Virus record (IMG/VR): IMGVR_UViG_3300011252_000208
Span: 1 to 55,802 of that record
DNA length: 55,802 nt
Reading direction: 5' to 3' (one strand)
Origin: a virus
Lineage: Duplodnaviria; Caudoviricetes
Position numbers and translations under genes: made by a program. Positions 1 to 9,270 of this stretch are shown here, one piece after another. The notes under the pieces were generated by a model. That model searched no databases. It was given only the letters and a program-made list of their open reading frames with translations, and was not told the DNA's origin. Each line of letters opens with the position of its first letter. Within the stretch, counting starts at the first letter, position 1.

Positions 1-530
1 TCAGTACCGCCATCAATATCCAGATCAGCAATGTTTATACTGCCATCAGGAAACGTAGGAGTACCCGCAAACGTCACACCCGTTGTACCTGTTGGTATCG
101 ACATGACGGTAGCGTCTGCATCGTTTTTAATAGTTACGTCTGATGTAGAACCCTGACCCGTAAGCACCAAACCATCAGCCGCAGCATAGCCCATAGCAGC
201 GGCATCACCCGCAGACGTATCGCCCGTGGGCAAGAATGTTCCGCCGCTTGCAGTAACGTCACCCGTAAATGTCCGTGATGATATTTCAAATGTGCTATAA
301 GAAATAATCTCTAACGTGTCGTTAGCAACCGCAGCAACCGCCAGCACAACGTCTGAGCTATTGGTCGCGGTAAAATCGGCAGGTGCAAGTTTCACACCGT
401 TCATATAAACATCTACAAATCCGGGTGTATATCCACTTGTGGGGAAGCTGGTTTGCCCAGCCGTTGCCGTAAATGAATCACGCTTTTGTGTAGCCTGCGG
501 GACTGCGCCCGTGCCGATATATCCAGCCAT
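1..530 (-). CDS. Tail fibre protein, N-terminal part (runs off window start)
   Basis: Not in ORF track; ATG at 530 gives MAGYIGTGAVPQATQKRDSFTATAGQTSF...VDVYMNGVKLAPADFTATNSSDVVL, a typical fibre N-terminus; open to position 1. Confidence 0.8.
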   Translation of the reverse strand, partial: MAGYIGTGAVPQATQKRDSFTATAGQTSFPTSGYTPGFVDVYMNGVKLAPADFTATNSSDVVLAVAAVANDTLEIISYSTFEISSRTFTGDVTASGGTFLPTGDTSAGDAAAMGYAAADGLVLTGQGSTSDVTIKNDADATVMSIPTGTTGVTFAGTPTFPDGSINIADLDIDGGT

Positions 531-850
531 TAGGTGATCTCCAAGACCGATAATACAGTATCTACGCTGCTTGCCGTGTCTGATATTACTTTAACAACAT
601 CAGCAGCTTCTAAGATAATTTTCCCATCCAGCACAGACAGCGCCCCTTGCGCGGGTATCGGTGCGTTTTTAACAATGTAATAATCTGTGCCGCTTCTGGT
701 GATGTAGGCACTGACCTTAATTTGGCTTGTGAGAATGTTAGCGAGGTTAATACCCACCGCAACCGTCTGTGTGCTTGACGGCACTGTGCGTACAGTAGCC
801 GCAGAGGTTCCCGTTGCACTCGCCAAATAACTCTTGAATGTATTAGCCAT
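530..850 (-). CDS. Virion structural protein (tail/fibre attachment)
   Basis: MANTFK...LSVLEIT beta-rich protein; stop overlaps start of the fibre gene. Confidence 0.65.
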   Translation of the reverse strand: MANTFKSYLASATGTSAATVRTVPSSTQTVAVGINLANILTSQIKVSAYITRSGTDYYIVKNAPIPAQGALSVLDGKIILEAADVVKVISDTASSVDTVLSVLEIT

Positions 851-853
851 CGT

Positions 854-1375
854 TTATCCTAACGCTATGCTTAATGCCAAAACGTCACCAATTGAAGGCG
901 CTGCGGCCCCCGCTACAAACAAACTTGGGACGCTCAAGTCTGTAAAGGCGTCAGTCATGGCTGCGCCAGAACCCGCTCCATCAGAAAAAACAGCCTTAAC
1001 TTGACTGTTTGGTATTGTGATTGTGTTGCCAGTGCCTTGCTTAATGATAATGTTGTACGGGCCTGAAGAACCACTATCGGTAGTCGCGTTTTCTATAAAC
1101 CACATTTTATTGACAGTGTTTGGGCCAATAGTAATTGTGCAATCTGAATCCAAAGCGCCTGTGTATTTTAGATACAAAGATCGTCCGGGGTCTGTTGCTC
1201 CGTCTGCAATAGTAGTTGCATGAGTGTTTGCATTTGTTGTTATGGCTTCAGTGCCGTAACTAAATGCTTCAGCGATTAATTCTAAGTTAGTGTTGGTTGT
1301 CGCACCCCAAGAGCCTGATTGTTCACCAGTTCCTATCTCTTCTAATCTTAGATCGTTTGTGTAAACACTAGCCAT
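854..1375 (-). CDS. Virion structural protein (tail-associated)
   Basis: LEEIGTGEQSGSWGATTNTNL N-terminus and ALSIALG C-terminus typical of podovirus tail proteins. Confidence 0.65.
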   Translation of the reverse strand: MASVYTNDLRLEEIGTGEQSGSWGATTNTNLELIAEAFSYGTEAITTNANTHATTIADGATDPGRSLYLKYTGALDSDCTITIGPNTVNKMWFIENATTDSGSSGPYNIIIKQGTGNTITIPNSQVKAVFSDGAGSGAAMTDAFTDLSVPSLFVAGAAAPSIGDVLALSIALG

Positions 1376-1424
1376 GTAAGTTTCCTAAACACTGTAAGCT
1401 GACATATTTATATCGCGCATATCA

Positions 1425-3056
1425 TTAAGACGCAATCTTTTTCCAATTTGGTGAAGAACCCGGAGATATTTGCGTCCAATCTCCCGGTGGGGCTGGGGTT
1501 ATTGGGGTCCAGTTTGCATTATGTATAGGCGTTATATTATTCCAAACAAACGCTGTTCCCAACTCCATAGTAGCAGAAACACCTTCTGGATATACATATT
1601 GGCCTATTCCTATTGACACAGGGAACGGATCACGCCCTGATGCTGATACGCCTGTAACCGCATAACCAAACGCTATTGTAACGGACCCAACGCTTCCTGT
1701 AGCTGACACGCCTGTAACGGATACGTCGATAGGTATGTTGACAGTTACGTCCCCAACTGCGCCTGTTCCTGCAACGCCTGTAGCAGATATATTCGCATCT
1801 ACTTTGGTTGTTACGCTTCCAACACCAGACGAACCACTAACGCCTGTTGTCGCAACGGATGCACCGAATTTTATTGTTACAGCCCCTGAAGAGCCTGTAG
1901 CTGATACACCTGTCGCGGAAGCCTGACCATCAGCTTCAACGCTGACAGAACCCACACTGCCCGTTCCCAACACACCTGTTACAGATTGATTTGTGTTGGC
2001 GTCTACTGTTGTAGAACCTACGCTACCAACGGCTCCTATACCTGACGCGGGAATGTTCGCTGATAATGTTAAACCTACAGAGCCAACACCGCCTGTTGCT
2101 GACAGACCCGTTACAGGCTGCGTTACTCCACTAGTTGTGGTCGCACTACCAACAGATGCAGTTCCGAATACGCCTGTAACATTTTGGACAACAGAACTTG
2201 TTGTTTGCGGTATGTTGCCAACTTCACCTGTTCCAACAACACCAGAAGCAGAAATGTTATTGTCAAACTCTAGGCTTACAGTGCCTACACCGCCTGTCGC
2301 AGAGACACCTGTTACAGAAACATTCTTTCCAATTCTAGCGTCTACCGTCCCTATAGCAGACGTACCAGAAACACCAGAAACGGAAACGTTTACATCGCTA
2401 GAAACGGTGGCAGAACCAACAGACCCTATAGAGTTTATGCCTACTGGGTGGGCATTTGCATCTGCGTCTATAGCGACAGAATCTAAAGCAGTTGTTCCCA
2501 CAACTCCTGTAACGGGTATGTTTGCTGAAAGACCTGTAAAGGTAGTTCCAACAGCGCCTGTGCCAGAAACCCCTGTTACAGTAAAGTTTGCATCGCCAGA
2601 AACAGTAGAAGAACCAACAGCGCCTGTAGATGATACTCCCGTAACAGGAACATTTGCATCTCCTGATACAGTATGCGCGGTGCCAACTGACCCTGTAGCT
2701 ATTACTGCGCTGGCTGAAATGTTACCAACACCAGTAACAGTTACGCTTCCAACACTGCCTGTAGCCGCTAAACCTGTCGCTGTTGTATTTGCGGCACCTG
2801 TCGTTGTTACAGAGCCAACACTTGCTGTTGCTGAAACCCCTGTAACAGAAATATTTGCTGCGCTAGTGGTAGTTACGCTACCAACCGAACCCGTAGCGGC
2901 TATCCCCGTTACGGGCTGTGTTACGCCGCTAGTAGTTGTTACACTGCCAACAGAAGCAGTACCCGCTACACCTGTAACGGATACGCCTACAGATAGGCTA
3001 TTCCAAGAGCCAGAACCCCAACCACCTCGGCCCCAGCCAGAATAAGGAAGTGGCAT
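1425..3056 (-). CDS. Gly/Val/Ser/Thr-rich repetitive structural protein
   Basis: About 20 imperfect ~23-aa repeats (VxVTGVSATGSVGSVT); WGxGxW N-terminus; WxxI repeats at C-terminus. Confidence 0.75.
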   Translation of the reverse strand: MPLPYSGWGRGGWGSGSWNSLSVGVSVTGVAGTASVGSVTTTSGVTQPVTGIAATGSVGSVTTTSAANISVTGVSATASVGSVTTTGAANTTATGLAATGSVGSVTVTGVGNISASAVIATGSVGTAHTVSGDANVPVTGVSSTGAVGSSTVSGDANFTVTGVSGTGAVGTTFTGLSANIPVTGVVGTTALDSVAIDADANAHPVGINSIGSVGSATVSSDVNVSVSGVSGTSAIGTVDARIGKNVSVTGVSATGGVGTVSLEFDNNISASGVVGTGEVGNIPQTTSSVVQNVTGVFGTASVGSATTTSGVTQPVTGLSATGGVGSVGLTLSANIPASGIGAVGSVGSTTVDANTNQSVTGVLGTGSVGSVSVEADGQASATGVSATGSSGAVTIKFGASVATTGVSGSSGVGSVTTKVDANISATGVAGTGAVGDVTVNIPIDVSVTGVSATGSVGSVTIAFGYAVTGVSASGRDPFPVSIGIGQYVYPEGVSATMELGTAFVWNNITPIHNANWTPITPAPPGDWTQISPGSSPNWKKIAS

Positions 3057-3070
3057 GGGTTATCCCCCAA

Positions 3071-3505
3071 TTAGGCGATACGGATAATAGCGTTACTCGC
3101 GTCTGCAGTTGGCATCACTACTGTAAAGTCACCTGCACTTGCAGCTTTATCTCCACCAAAATCAAGAACACAAACCGTAGGATCACCCGAAGCTGCTTCG
3201 TTAAAGATCAATGCACCACGAACTCCTGTAAGTGTTACATTCGTAAAAACTACATTGTCCATATCTACAAAAGCTGTAGTGCTACTAGATGTAGGCGTTA
3301 CTGTGGTTATCGCATTACCTTTAGCGGTATAATTTGTGCCACTGACTTCGTTGCTAGAAGTATAAGCTGTGGTAGCCGCATTAAAACTTGCACTGTTTGT
3401 ATACATTGCCAACTTAAATACGTTAGATGCCGCCGTAAAATTATGCACACCTTTCAAAAGCTCTGTTTTGAAAGAGGTACACATGAAGTTTCCTGAGAAT
3501 GCCAT
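3071..3505 (-). CDS. Conserved virion structural protein
   Basis: MCTSFKTELL...FKLAMYT...VLDFGGDK...AIIRIA pattern; within structural operon. Confidence 0.7.
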   Translation of the reverse strand: MAFSGNFMCTSFKTELLKGVHNFTAASNVFKLAMYTNSASFNAATTAYTSSNEVSGTNYTAKGNAITTVTPTSSSTTAFVDMDNVVFTNVTLTGVRGALIFNEAASGDPTVCVLDFGGDKAASAGDFTVVMPTADASNAIIRIA

Positions 3506-3793
3506 TTACATTTTCCTTATATATTCAGCTAGTTTTTTATGACCAGCATCACTGATTGCATTATATACAGTAGTTCTATCGCTTTGGATAGCCTGTTTCA
3601 TGTAGACTGCGATTACAGCCGCCATCTGTTGTTTGTACGCCAAGGCTTGATCTCTTATTGCTGGTGGGGCGTCATCAGCCACAGACATAAGACGATCAGC
3701 GCAAAGTTCTGCTACTTCCTCTGGCGTAAAACCACGATTGTTGGTGGTTCTAACTTCAACGCTTCCCACTGTCATTTCAAACGGCATGTTCAT
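3506..3793 (-). CDS. Hypothetical phage protein
   Basis: Tightly packed in operon; ATGA overlap with the upstream gene. Confidence 0.7.
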   Translation of the reverse strand: MNMPFEMTVGSVEVRTTNNRGFTPEEVAELCADRLMSVADDAPPAIRDQALAYKQQMAAVIAVYMKQAIQSDRTTVYNAISDAGHKKLAEYIRKM

Positions 3794-4425
3794 CTTCTGT
3801 AACTATCTCCCTTGTTCGCTGCATCAATAATAGAAAGCTCACGCAACGCTGTTTCATATCTTTCTTTATATTGTTGCATAATATCAGCTTCGCCTTTCAT
3901 GAAATTGTATGCTTCAACTAATGAACCATACAATAAAACAGATTCGGCATTTTCACCAAGCCATGATGTGTTTGTGGTTACTATAGACTTAGGTAAAAAA
4001 TAGTAATGCAGTTCAACAGTATATGTCGCGTTAGGTGTTGGGCCTACAATAAAATGACCAAATGTATTTGCGGCAATAGCATCACCGTCAAACTGTCCAT
4101 AATACTTTGGAACGCCTTGTGTAGCAGCTACAGGAAACGCCTCACGCATAAAATTAACATCTTTTTCAAGCAAGTAGGTGTAAGCTGCAGTTGTAGGGTC
4201 GATAATTGCCAAAGAAAAAACAGCTAAAAAATCATCTGGTCTTTGCAAATATTGATTGCCTTGCGTAAGTGTGCCTGTGCTGTTTGACCTTACTTCAGGA
4301 ATAGTTACGGTTCTAAATATTCGCTGCTCTGCCTGTTGAATAAACGTAGGTATTAAAGAAACAAATGTTGTTTCTTCATTTTCTGTATATTCTTTTATAG
4401 CAGACGTTAATTCTGTATAATTCAT
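3790..4425 (-). CDS. Head-tail adaptor protein
   Basis: MNYTEL...FIQQAEQRI...GPTPN..Y.VELHY...LLYGSLVEAYNFMKG adaptor-like pattern. Confidence 0.65.
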   Translation of the reverse strand: MNYTELTSAIKEYTENEETTFVSLIPTFIQQAEQRIFRTVTIPEVRSNSTGTLTQGNQYLQRPDDFLAVFSLAIIDPTTAAYTYLLEKDVNFMREAFPVAATQGVPKYYGQFDGDAIAANTFGHFIVGPTPNATYTVELHYYFLPKSIVTTNTSWLGENAESVLLYGSLVEAYNFMKGEADIMQQYKERYETALRELSIIDAANKGDSYRR

Positions 4426-4435
4426 TGGCTTACCC

Positions 4436-5311
4436 TCATGGTGTGTTCGCCGTCCCGCCCATACCGCTATGGTTGCTGCAGTAATAATAGAGAGTTGGTG
4501 CAGAATTTGCGACAGTTATCTGAACATATGCACCAGCCTGTCCCGCAGTTCCTGATGTTGTTACGCCTGTCGTGTATTCGCTCCCCCCTGCATGCGTACC
4601 ATTAGCTGTAGTGCTAAACCTCAATGGGTGGCTACTATTAGAACTTGCAGATTGATCGAATCGAAAGGTAGAACCCTCTGCAATACTAATTGTCGGGCTT
4701 ACCGCGCCGTCTAAATAAAACTTATTACCTGTACCATATGGATTCGTTCCGCTGGCTACTGTCACCGCAAATATGTTTGTAGTAACTGTTGTAGCGCCGG
4801 GATAACCCGTACCCAAAACACCAGAAGGCGAAGCAAAATTAGTATTTACAGTTACAGATACAGAACCTGCTTGCCCTGTGCCATTAATACCTGCAGGAGA
4901 TACTGTTACACTTCCGTTTGTAGCGGTCCCAACCGCGCCAGAAGCTGAAGTTCCTACAGCAGAAACAGAAGTGTCAATACCTTGAGTAACAGAAGTTGTG
5001 ACAACTCCAACATAAGCATTGGCAACTAAATTGTTTCCTGTGAAACCATATTTATCACCTGTATAACCTACAGGATTCCAGCCCCACTGAATATTGTTCA
5101 TAGAACTTATATCGTGTTCTGGTCGTGGGTCTTTTAAGGCTTGCGGGTCTGGCCTCGCCCGTAGTGGCTCAAGTTGTGGTTGCTTTGCTTCCCACTCATC
5201 CTTGCCTACTAAAAGACCGTTCCATTCTTTGCGCATATCACGCAATCTATATCTGAAGCCAGAACGATCAGATATTCCATACGCCCATTTTCCTGTAGCG
5301 TATTTAGACAT
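4436..5311 (-). CDS. Structural protein with C-terminal cupredoxin-like domain
   Basis: Conserved N-terminus GISDRSGFRY...EWNGLLVG; C-terminus HPLRFS...TLYYYCSNHSGMG. Confidence 0.65.
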   Translation of the reverse strand: MSKYATGKWAYGISDRSGFRYRLRDMRKEWNGLLVGKDEWEAKQPQLEPLRARPDPQALKDPRPEHDISSMNNIQWGWNPVGYTGDKYGFTGNNLVANAYVGVVTTSVTQGIDTSVSAVGTSASGAVGTATNGSVTVSPAGINGTGQAGSVSVTVNTNFASPSGVLGTGYPGATTVTTNIFAVTVASGTNPYGTGNKFYLDGAVSPTISIAEGSTFRFDQSASSNSSHPLRFSTTANGTHAGGSEYTTGVTTSGTAGQAGAYVQITVANSAPTLYYYCSNHSGMGGTANTP

Positions 5312-5972
5312 ATCGGTAATTTCTCAAGTCTGGCGATACTTTGAATGAGGCTCTATCTCTGTCCTCATCCATCGCACGGTTTAACTCTTCGTCATAAATA
5401 GGCTTTAGAAGAGAAATGCGGTCAGGGGCTTTTTTTATAGCAATGTAATAAGCTAATCCTGCAGCTAGTGCTGGGTAAAACCTAAATGGTATTTGCGCAG
5501 TGTTTACATATGTATCTGCATCATCCATGCGAATAAGGGCATCATACAAAATAACATCTGTGCTGTTATCTGGCAAAGGCCACACTTTTAGGTTCGGATT
5601 TATTTGCCTATCTACAAAATACTGCGTAGCCCTGCCTTTTGTAGATTTTGTTGGAATATTTAAGTATGTGTCGCGGCTAATTCTGTTTAGCGCATAATCT
5701 GTACCGCTTCTGCGAACAACTAGGGACAATATATCTATAACGTCCGCACCAAGGCTAGTCTCACCATCACCCTCTGCAACTGTAAAACTCCTTTGCGCAA
5801 TAGTCCATTGATTTAAACCTCGATTTGCCCAATCAGCGAACAAGAGATTTAAAGAACGTTTTGCTGTCCGCAGATCATAACCTGTTTGGGCCTCAAGACC
5901 ACAACGCTCGAAAGCCTCTTCGATGTAATCAGCTACGTCTAATTCAAAGTCTTTCGAACCTGATACAGTCAT
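5304..5972 (-). CDS. Head-tail connector/adaptor protein
   Basis: IEEAFERCG...DLRTAKRSLNLLFADWANRGLNQW...PFRFYPALAAGLAYY; downstream of capsid genes. Confidence 0.65.
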   Translation of the reverse strand: MTVSGSKDFELDVADYIEEAFERCGLEAQTGYDLRTAKRSLNLLFADWANRGLNQWTIAQRSFTVAEGDGETSLGADVIDILSLVVRRSGTDYALNRISRDTYLNIPTKSTKGRATQYFVDRQINPNLKVWPLPDNSTDVILYDALIRMDDADTYVNTAQIPFRFYPALAAGLAYYIAIKKAPDRISLLKPIYDEELNRAMDEDRDRASFKVSPDLRNYRYV

Positions 5973-6247
5973 TTCTTATTCCTTTTCAGGGATTTAACCC
6001 TACGTGGCTTCCCGGCAGGTTGTCCAATGCGTTTCTTTTGAGAAATTCTACTTCTTTTTTCCGCTGCTGTCATTTCTGACGCTGTTTTTGGCGTTTTCGA
6101 ACTAACTTTTTTGCTAGGTCGGCAGTATGGTGTGCCACGCTTTTCACCTTTTTTGCGCCCACAAGCCTTACCTGTCCTAACGTCTTTCCAATCCTCTTTA
6201 AACCAACGTTTTAAGGCAGCACCTTTTTTTGTTTTGCGAACAGCCAT
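5969..6247 (-). CDS. Small highly basic protein
   Basis: Lys/Arg-rich; LKRWFKEDW and PYCRP motifs. Confidence 0.7.
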   Translation of the reverse strand: MAVRKTKKGAALKRWFKEDWKDVRTGKACGRKKGEKRGTPYCRPSKKVSSKTPKTASEMTAAEKRSRISQKKRIGQPAGKPRRVKSLKRNKK

Positions 6248-6525
6248 TAGGTCATCCTTGTTACCTTACGGCGATTGCCCATGACTTTGCCGCACCCATT
6301 GGCTATAGCCTCGCCACCCTTCATCATTCTGCGTACAGGTCTTTTTCTAAAATTATTATTCGGCTCAACTGCGCCACCCATCGCCTTTTTAACAGGCTTT
6401 TTTTTACTATTACCCCAGTTTTTAGCGCCTACCTTTCGGCATTTTGCAATAGCACCACTGGCATATGCGCTAGGAAAAACTTTGTACCTAGCCTTTACTT
6501 TTTTATAACAAGCGTCTTTAGGCAT
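6247..6525 (-). CDS. Small highly basic protein with xxGG motifs
   Basis: DACYKKVKARYKVFPSAYASGA; AMGGAV and MMKGGEA. Confidence 0.7.
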   Translation of the reverse strand: MPKDACYKKVKARYKVFPSAYASGAIAKCRKVGAKNWGNSKKKPVKKAMGGAVEPNNNFRKRPVRRMMKGGEAIANGCGKVMGNRRKVTRMT

Positions 6526-6526
6526 A

Positions 6527-6820
6527 TTAACACTTCCATCTTTTACGTGCTTGACGCAAACGACTGTTAGGGTCTTTTGCAGCCTTGGGGAATTTCTTCA
6601 TTTGCCCTGCAGAACGTGCGCAGTATGACTTTCTGCGATTGGCGGCTTTACTTCCCGCTTTTACTTTTCCTGTAACGGCTGTTTTTAATTTAGAGCCGGG
6701 ATTTTTGCGTTTGTACGCGGCAACACCCTTTTTAGTCATGCCAGCGCCTGATTTTGTTTTGCGGTAATTACCGCCTTTACCAGTAGTTTTCCGTATTGGA
6801 TTTTCTTTTTTACGCGGCAT
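6527..6820 (-). CDS. Small highly basic protein (DUF6321-like)
   Basis: RRKSYCARSAGQMK...DPNSRLRQARKRWKC. Confidence 0.7.
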   Translation of the reverse strand: MPRKKENPIRKTTGKGGNYRKTKSGAGMTKKGVAAYKRKNPGSKLKTAVTGKVKAGSKAANRRKSYCARSAGQMKKFPKAAKDPNSRLRQARKRWKC

Positions 6821-6863
6821 TTCTCACCTGCTGTATAATAGGGGGCATCGCCCCCTACTACAT

Positions 6864-7142
6864 TTAAGATAAAAAGATTGTTAGCTCATTGTTTGAACCT
6901 GTAAACGCCGAAACAAACACACCATCAGTGAATATCATTCCATCATCAGGTATATAAAGTTCATTCATGCCTACTGGAAATTTTTGCACTATCATAGTAG
7001 CGCCACCATTTCCATTAGTCAGAGTAAATGAACCTGCTGCTTCAGCATAGATATTAACAGTTCTAAGCCTAGACCTAGAAGGCCCAATAAGGGCCGCAGC
7101 ATCACCTTGAGCTACATTGTATCCTGTTACTGGGCCAGCCAT
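6864..7142 (-). CDS. Small structural protein
   Basis: Beta-rich; strong RBS AAGGAG. Confidence 0.7.
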   Translation of the reverse strand: MAGPVTGYNVAQGDAAALIGPSRSRLRTVNIYAEAAGSFTLTNGNGGATMIVQKFPVGMNELYIPDDGMIFTDGVFVSAFTGSNNELTIFLS

Positions 7143-7153
7143 TTACTTACTCC

Positions 7154-7633
7154 TTATGCTACAAGATTGCTGGCTTGCTGATACAGAACAGTCGCTCTGA
7201 TTTCACCTGCGTTAGTAGCACCTGTGGTAGTCCAAGTAAGGCGAACATCTGTTGTGTTAGATGTTTCAGCCCAAGACAATGCACCACCAGCTTCAGTGGT
7301 AGGGTACTTGCGTCCTGCGCCAGAAGCTACGGTAATCGAAAACCCGTTGATAAATGTGCCGTTTCCACCAGCAGTATCGCCAACGCTGAAAACCGCAGTA
7401 GCATTACCCATAGCTGTTGGGCAATCTAGCACAATATCAATAATTTGAGACTTTGCAGGAATAACTACGTCAGTGACGTTTGCAGCAGAAGCACCGCCTG
7501 CAAGAGAGCCAGTAGTAAAGGACTGTGCCATGACAACTTGGCCTGTGTTTTTAATATCAGAGCCTACGGTTGTTCCAGTAGTATCTTTGATTGTTCCTGC
7601 CAGAATTGGCCCGGAAAAAGTAGTTGTACCCAT
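7154..7633 (-). CDS. Capsid-associated/decoration protein
   Basis: MGTTTFSGP N-terminus; follows major capsid gene; RBS AGGAG. Confidence 0.65.
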   Translation of the reverse strand: MGTTTFSGPILAGTIKDTTGTTVGSDIKNTGQVVMAQSFTTGSLAGGASAANVTDVVIPAKSQIIDIVLDCPTAMGNATAVFSVGDTAGGNGTFINGFSITVASGAGRKYPTTEAGGALSWAETSNTTDVRLTWTTTGATNAGEIRATVLYQQASNLVA

Positions 7634-7708
7634 GTCTATCTCCTGTCGTGGGTTAAGTCAGACGCTATTTGCGCCTGTCAGGGATAAGCAAATAATACAC
7701 AACAATCC

Positions 7709-7740
7709 AAAAAAAGAAAGGGGGCAGATGAACTGCCCCC
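7709..7740 (-). terminator. Rho-independent terminator after major capsid gene
   Basis: GGGGGCAG-N5-CTGCCCCC stem followed by a T-rich tract on - strand. Confidence 0.8.
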
Positions 7741-7765
7741 AATCAAAACCAAACATTTGTTCGGG

Positions 7766-8674
7766 TTACGCTCCGGGTGAACCAAATACGCAACGTGGGT
7801 CCGAGAAACCAAATGAATAACGCTCACGCGCTTTAAAGCGCATGTTGCCTGTATCAAAATCTGCTTCCATGTTTGTACGCATGGGAGAACGCTCAAAGTG
7901 CTTGAAGCCATTTGGCGCGTCAGTTTTGATAAAGAACGCATCAGTATCGGTGAGGAAGTGGTTAATTGTATAACCCTCTGGCACCATACCCATGTTTTTT
8001 GTCGCGTTAATATCATTGTCAGCAGTGCCGGGACGCAAGGTCGATTCCAGCAGACGATCTGCAATGAACTGAAGCTGTGGTGGAATAATCAGCTTAGTGC
8101 CACGAAGGGCAATAATCATATTCCGCTCATCAACAAAGCCTGAAATGTCAATCAGAGCATTTTCAAGCGAAGTTTCATTGAGGTCAGCCGCAGTAGCTGG
8201 TTCGTTACGGAATGTGCCGCCTTGAGCCAGTGGGTGTACTGCAGAACAAAGCTCAACACCGTCACCGCCTGTGAATGCCGCGTTGAAAGCGTTGTTAAGA
8301 ACTGCAGCAGCCTTAACTTGCTTAGAATGCGCCATAGAACGGGCAAGTGCCTTGGTGTAACGAGCGCCAAGACGATCATACAGATTGTCTTCAATCGCCT
8401 CTTCAGTCAAAGCGAATGCAAGAGCTACAGTTTCATGTGTGTAACGAGCGGTGTACGCTTCGTTAGCATCATCAAACGACACCCCTGATCCTTCACTTTT
8501 AGTAGGAGCATTGCCAAAACCTGAAAGCATAACTTCTTCTTCGAACGCACGATCTGACGATTCTGTGTCGAAAATTTCTGCATGCTCATTGTCGTAGCGG
8601 TTGTACTCCATGCCGAACAAAGCATTTAGGCCCGGCTCAAGCTCTTTGACAAGTTGTGAACGAGAAATAGCCAT
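7766..8674 (-). CDS. Major capsid protein
   Basis: MAISRSQLVKELEPGLNALFG...FKARERYSFGFSDPR capsid pattern; after scaffold; RBS AAGGAG. Confidence 0.9.
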   Translation of the reverse strand: MAISRSQLVKELEPGLNALFGMEYNRYDNEHAEIFDTESSDRAFEEEVMLSGFGNAPTKSEGSGVSFDDANEAYTARYTHETVALAFALTEEAIEDNLYDRLGARYTKALARSMAHSKQVKAAAVLNNAFNAAFTGGDGVELCSAVHPLAQGGTFRNEPATAADLNETSLENALIDISGFVDERNMIIALRGTKLIIPPQLQFIADRLLESTLRPGTADNDINATKNMGMVPEGYTINHFLTDTDAFFIKTDAPNGFKHFERSPMRTNMEADFDTGNMRFKARERYSFGFSDPRCVFGSPGA

Positions 8675-8689
8675 AACTTATCTCCTTTC

Positions 8690-9265
8690 TTATGCCAGAC
8701 CTGCAGTGCCAGCACTGAACAGGTGGTTGTTGATTTTGACTATTACATTTGTATTAGCCGACGATACATCGTCATTCTCAGGGTCTTGAGAAATGTCGAT
8801 AGCTTTCAGAGCCAAGGCTGCTGTGGTTGCACCTGTTGATACTGCAAGTTCCATGCTGGAAACACCGCTTGCGGTTCGTCCAACAGGGTTATTGTCTACA
8901 ATATCAAAATTGCCAAACAAGTCGGCTACAGGCATTGCTGCATTCGCTTGAATTTCAAAGGTCGCACTTGGATCATCAATGACATTCGCAAAAATGTTTG
9001 TTCCAGTTGCGCTTGCAGGCCAATGGTTTGAGAATTTCACATCACCATTCGCATCCACATATTCACAGCCATTAAACACGCCCAAACACAAAGCATTGTC
9101 TCCTGCTGCAACGCGAGTAATTGTTCCATTTGTGTTGACTGTAACTAAGTCACCTTGGAAAATGTTCGTGTTGTAGCCAGAGGCAATACGATAACGGTTT
9201 TGTCTTTGTGAAGACAAACTCGTTTTTACTGGACGAAGGCCGAAAGGGGCGTCTTGATTCGCCAT
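8690..9265 (-). CDS. Capsid cement/decoration-like protein
   Basis: MANQDAPFGLRP...IFQGDLV...VIDDP..FEIQ; immediately upstream of capsid gene. Confidence 0.6.
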   Translation of the reverse strand: MANQDAPFGLRPVKTSLSSQRQNRYRIASGYNTNIFQGDLVTVNTNGTITRVAAGDNALCLGVFNGCEYVDANGDVKFSNHWPASATGTNIFANVIDDPSATFEIQANAAMPVADLFGNFDIVDNNPVGRTASGVSSMELAVSTGATTAALALKAIDISQDPENDDVSSANTNVIVKINNHLFSAGTAGLA

Positions 9266-9270
9266 CTTAC

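Noticed and set aside
1993-3045. 350-aa + strand ORF and many other antisense ORFs in the track
   Set aside because: Shadows of real - strand genes; no RBS or recognisable motifs
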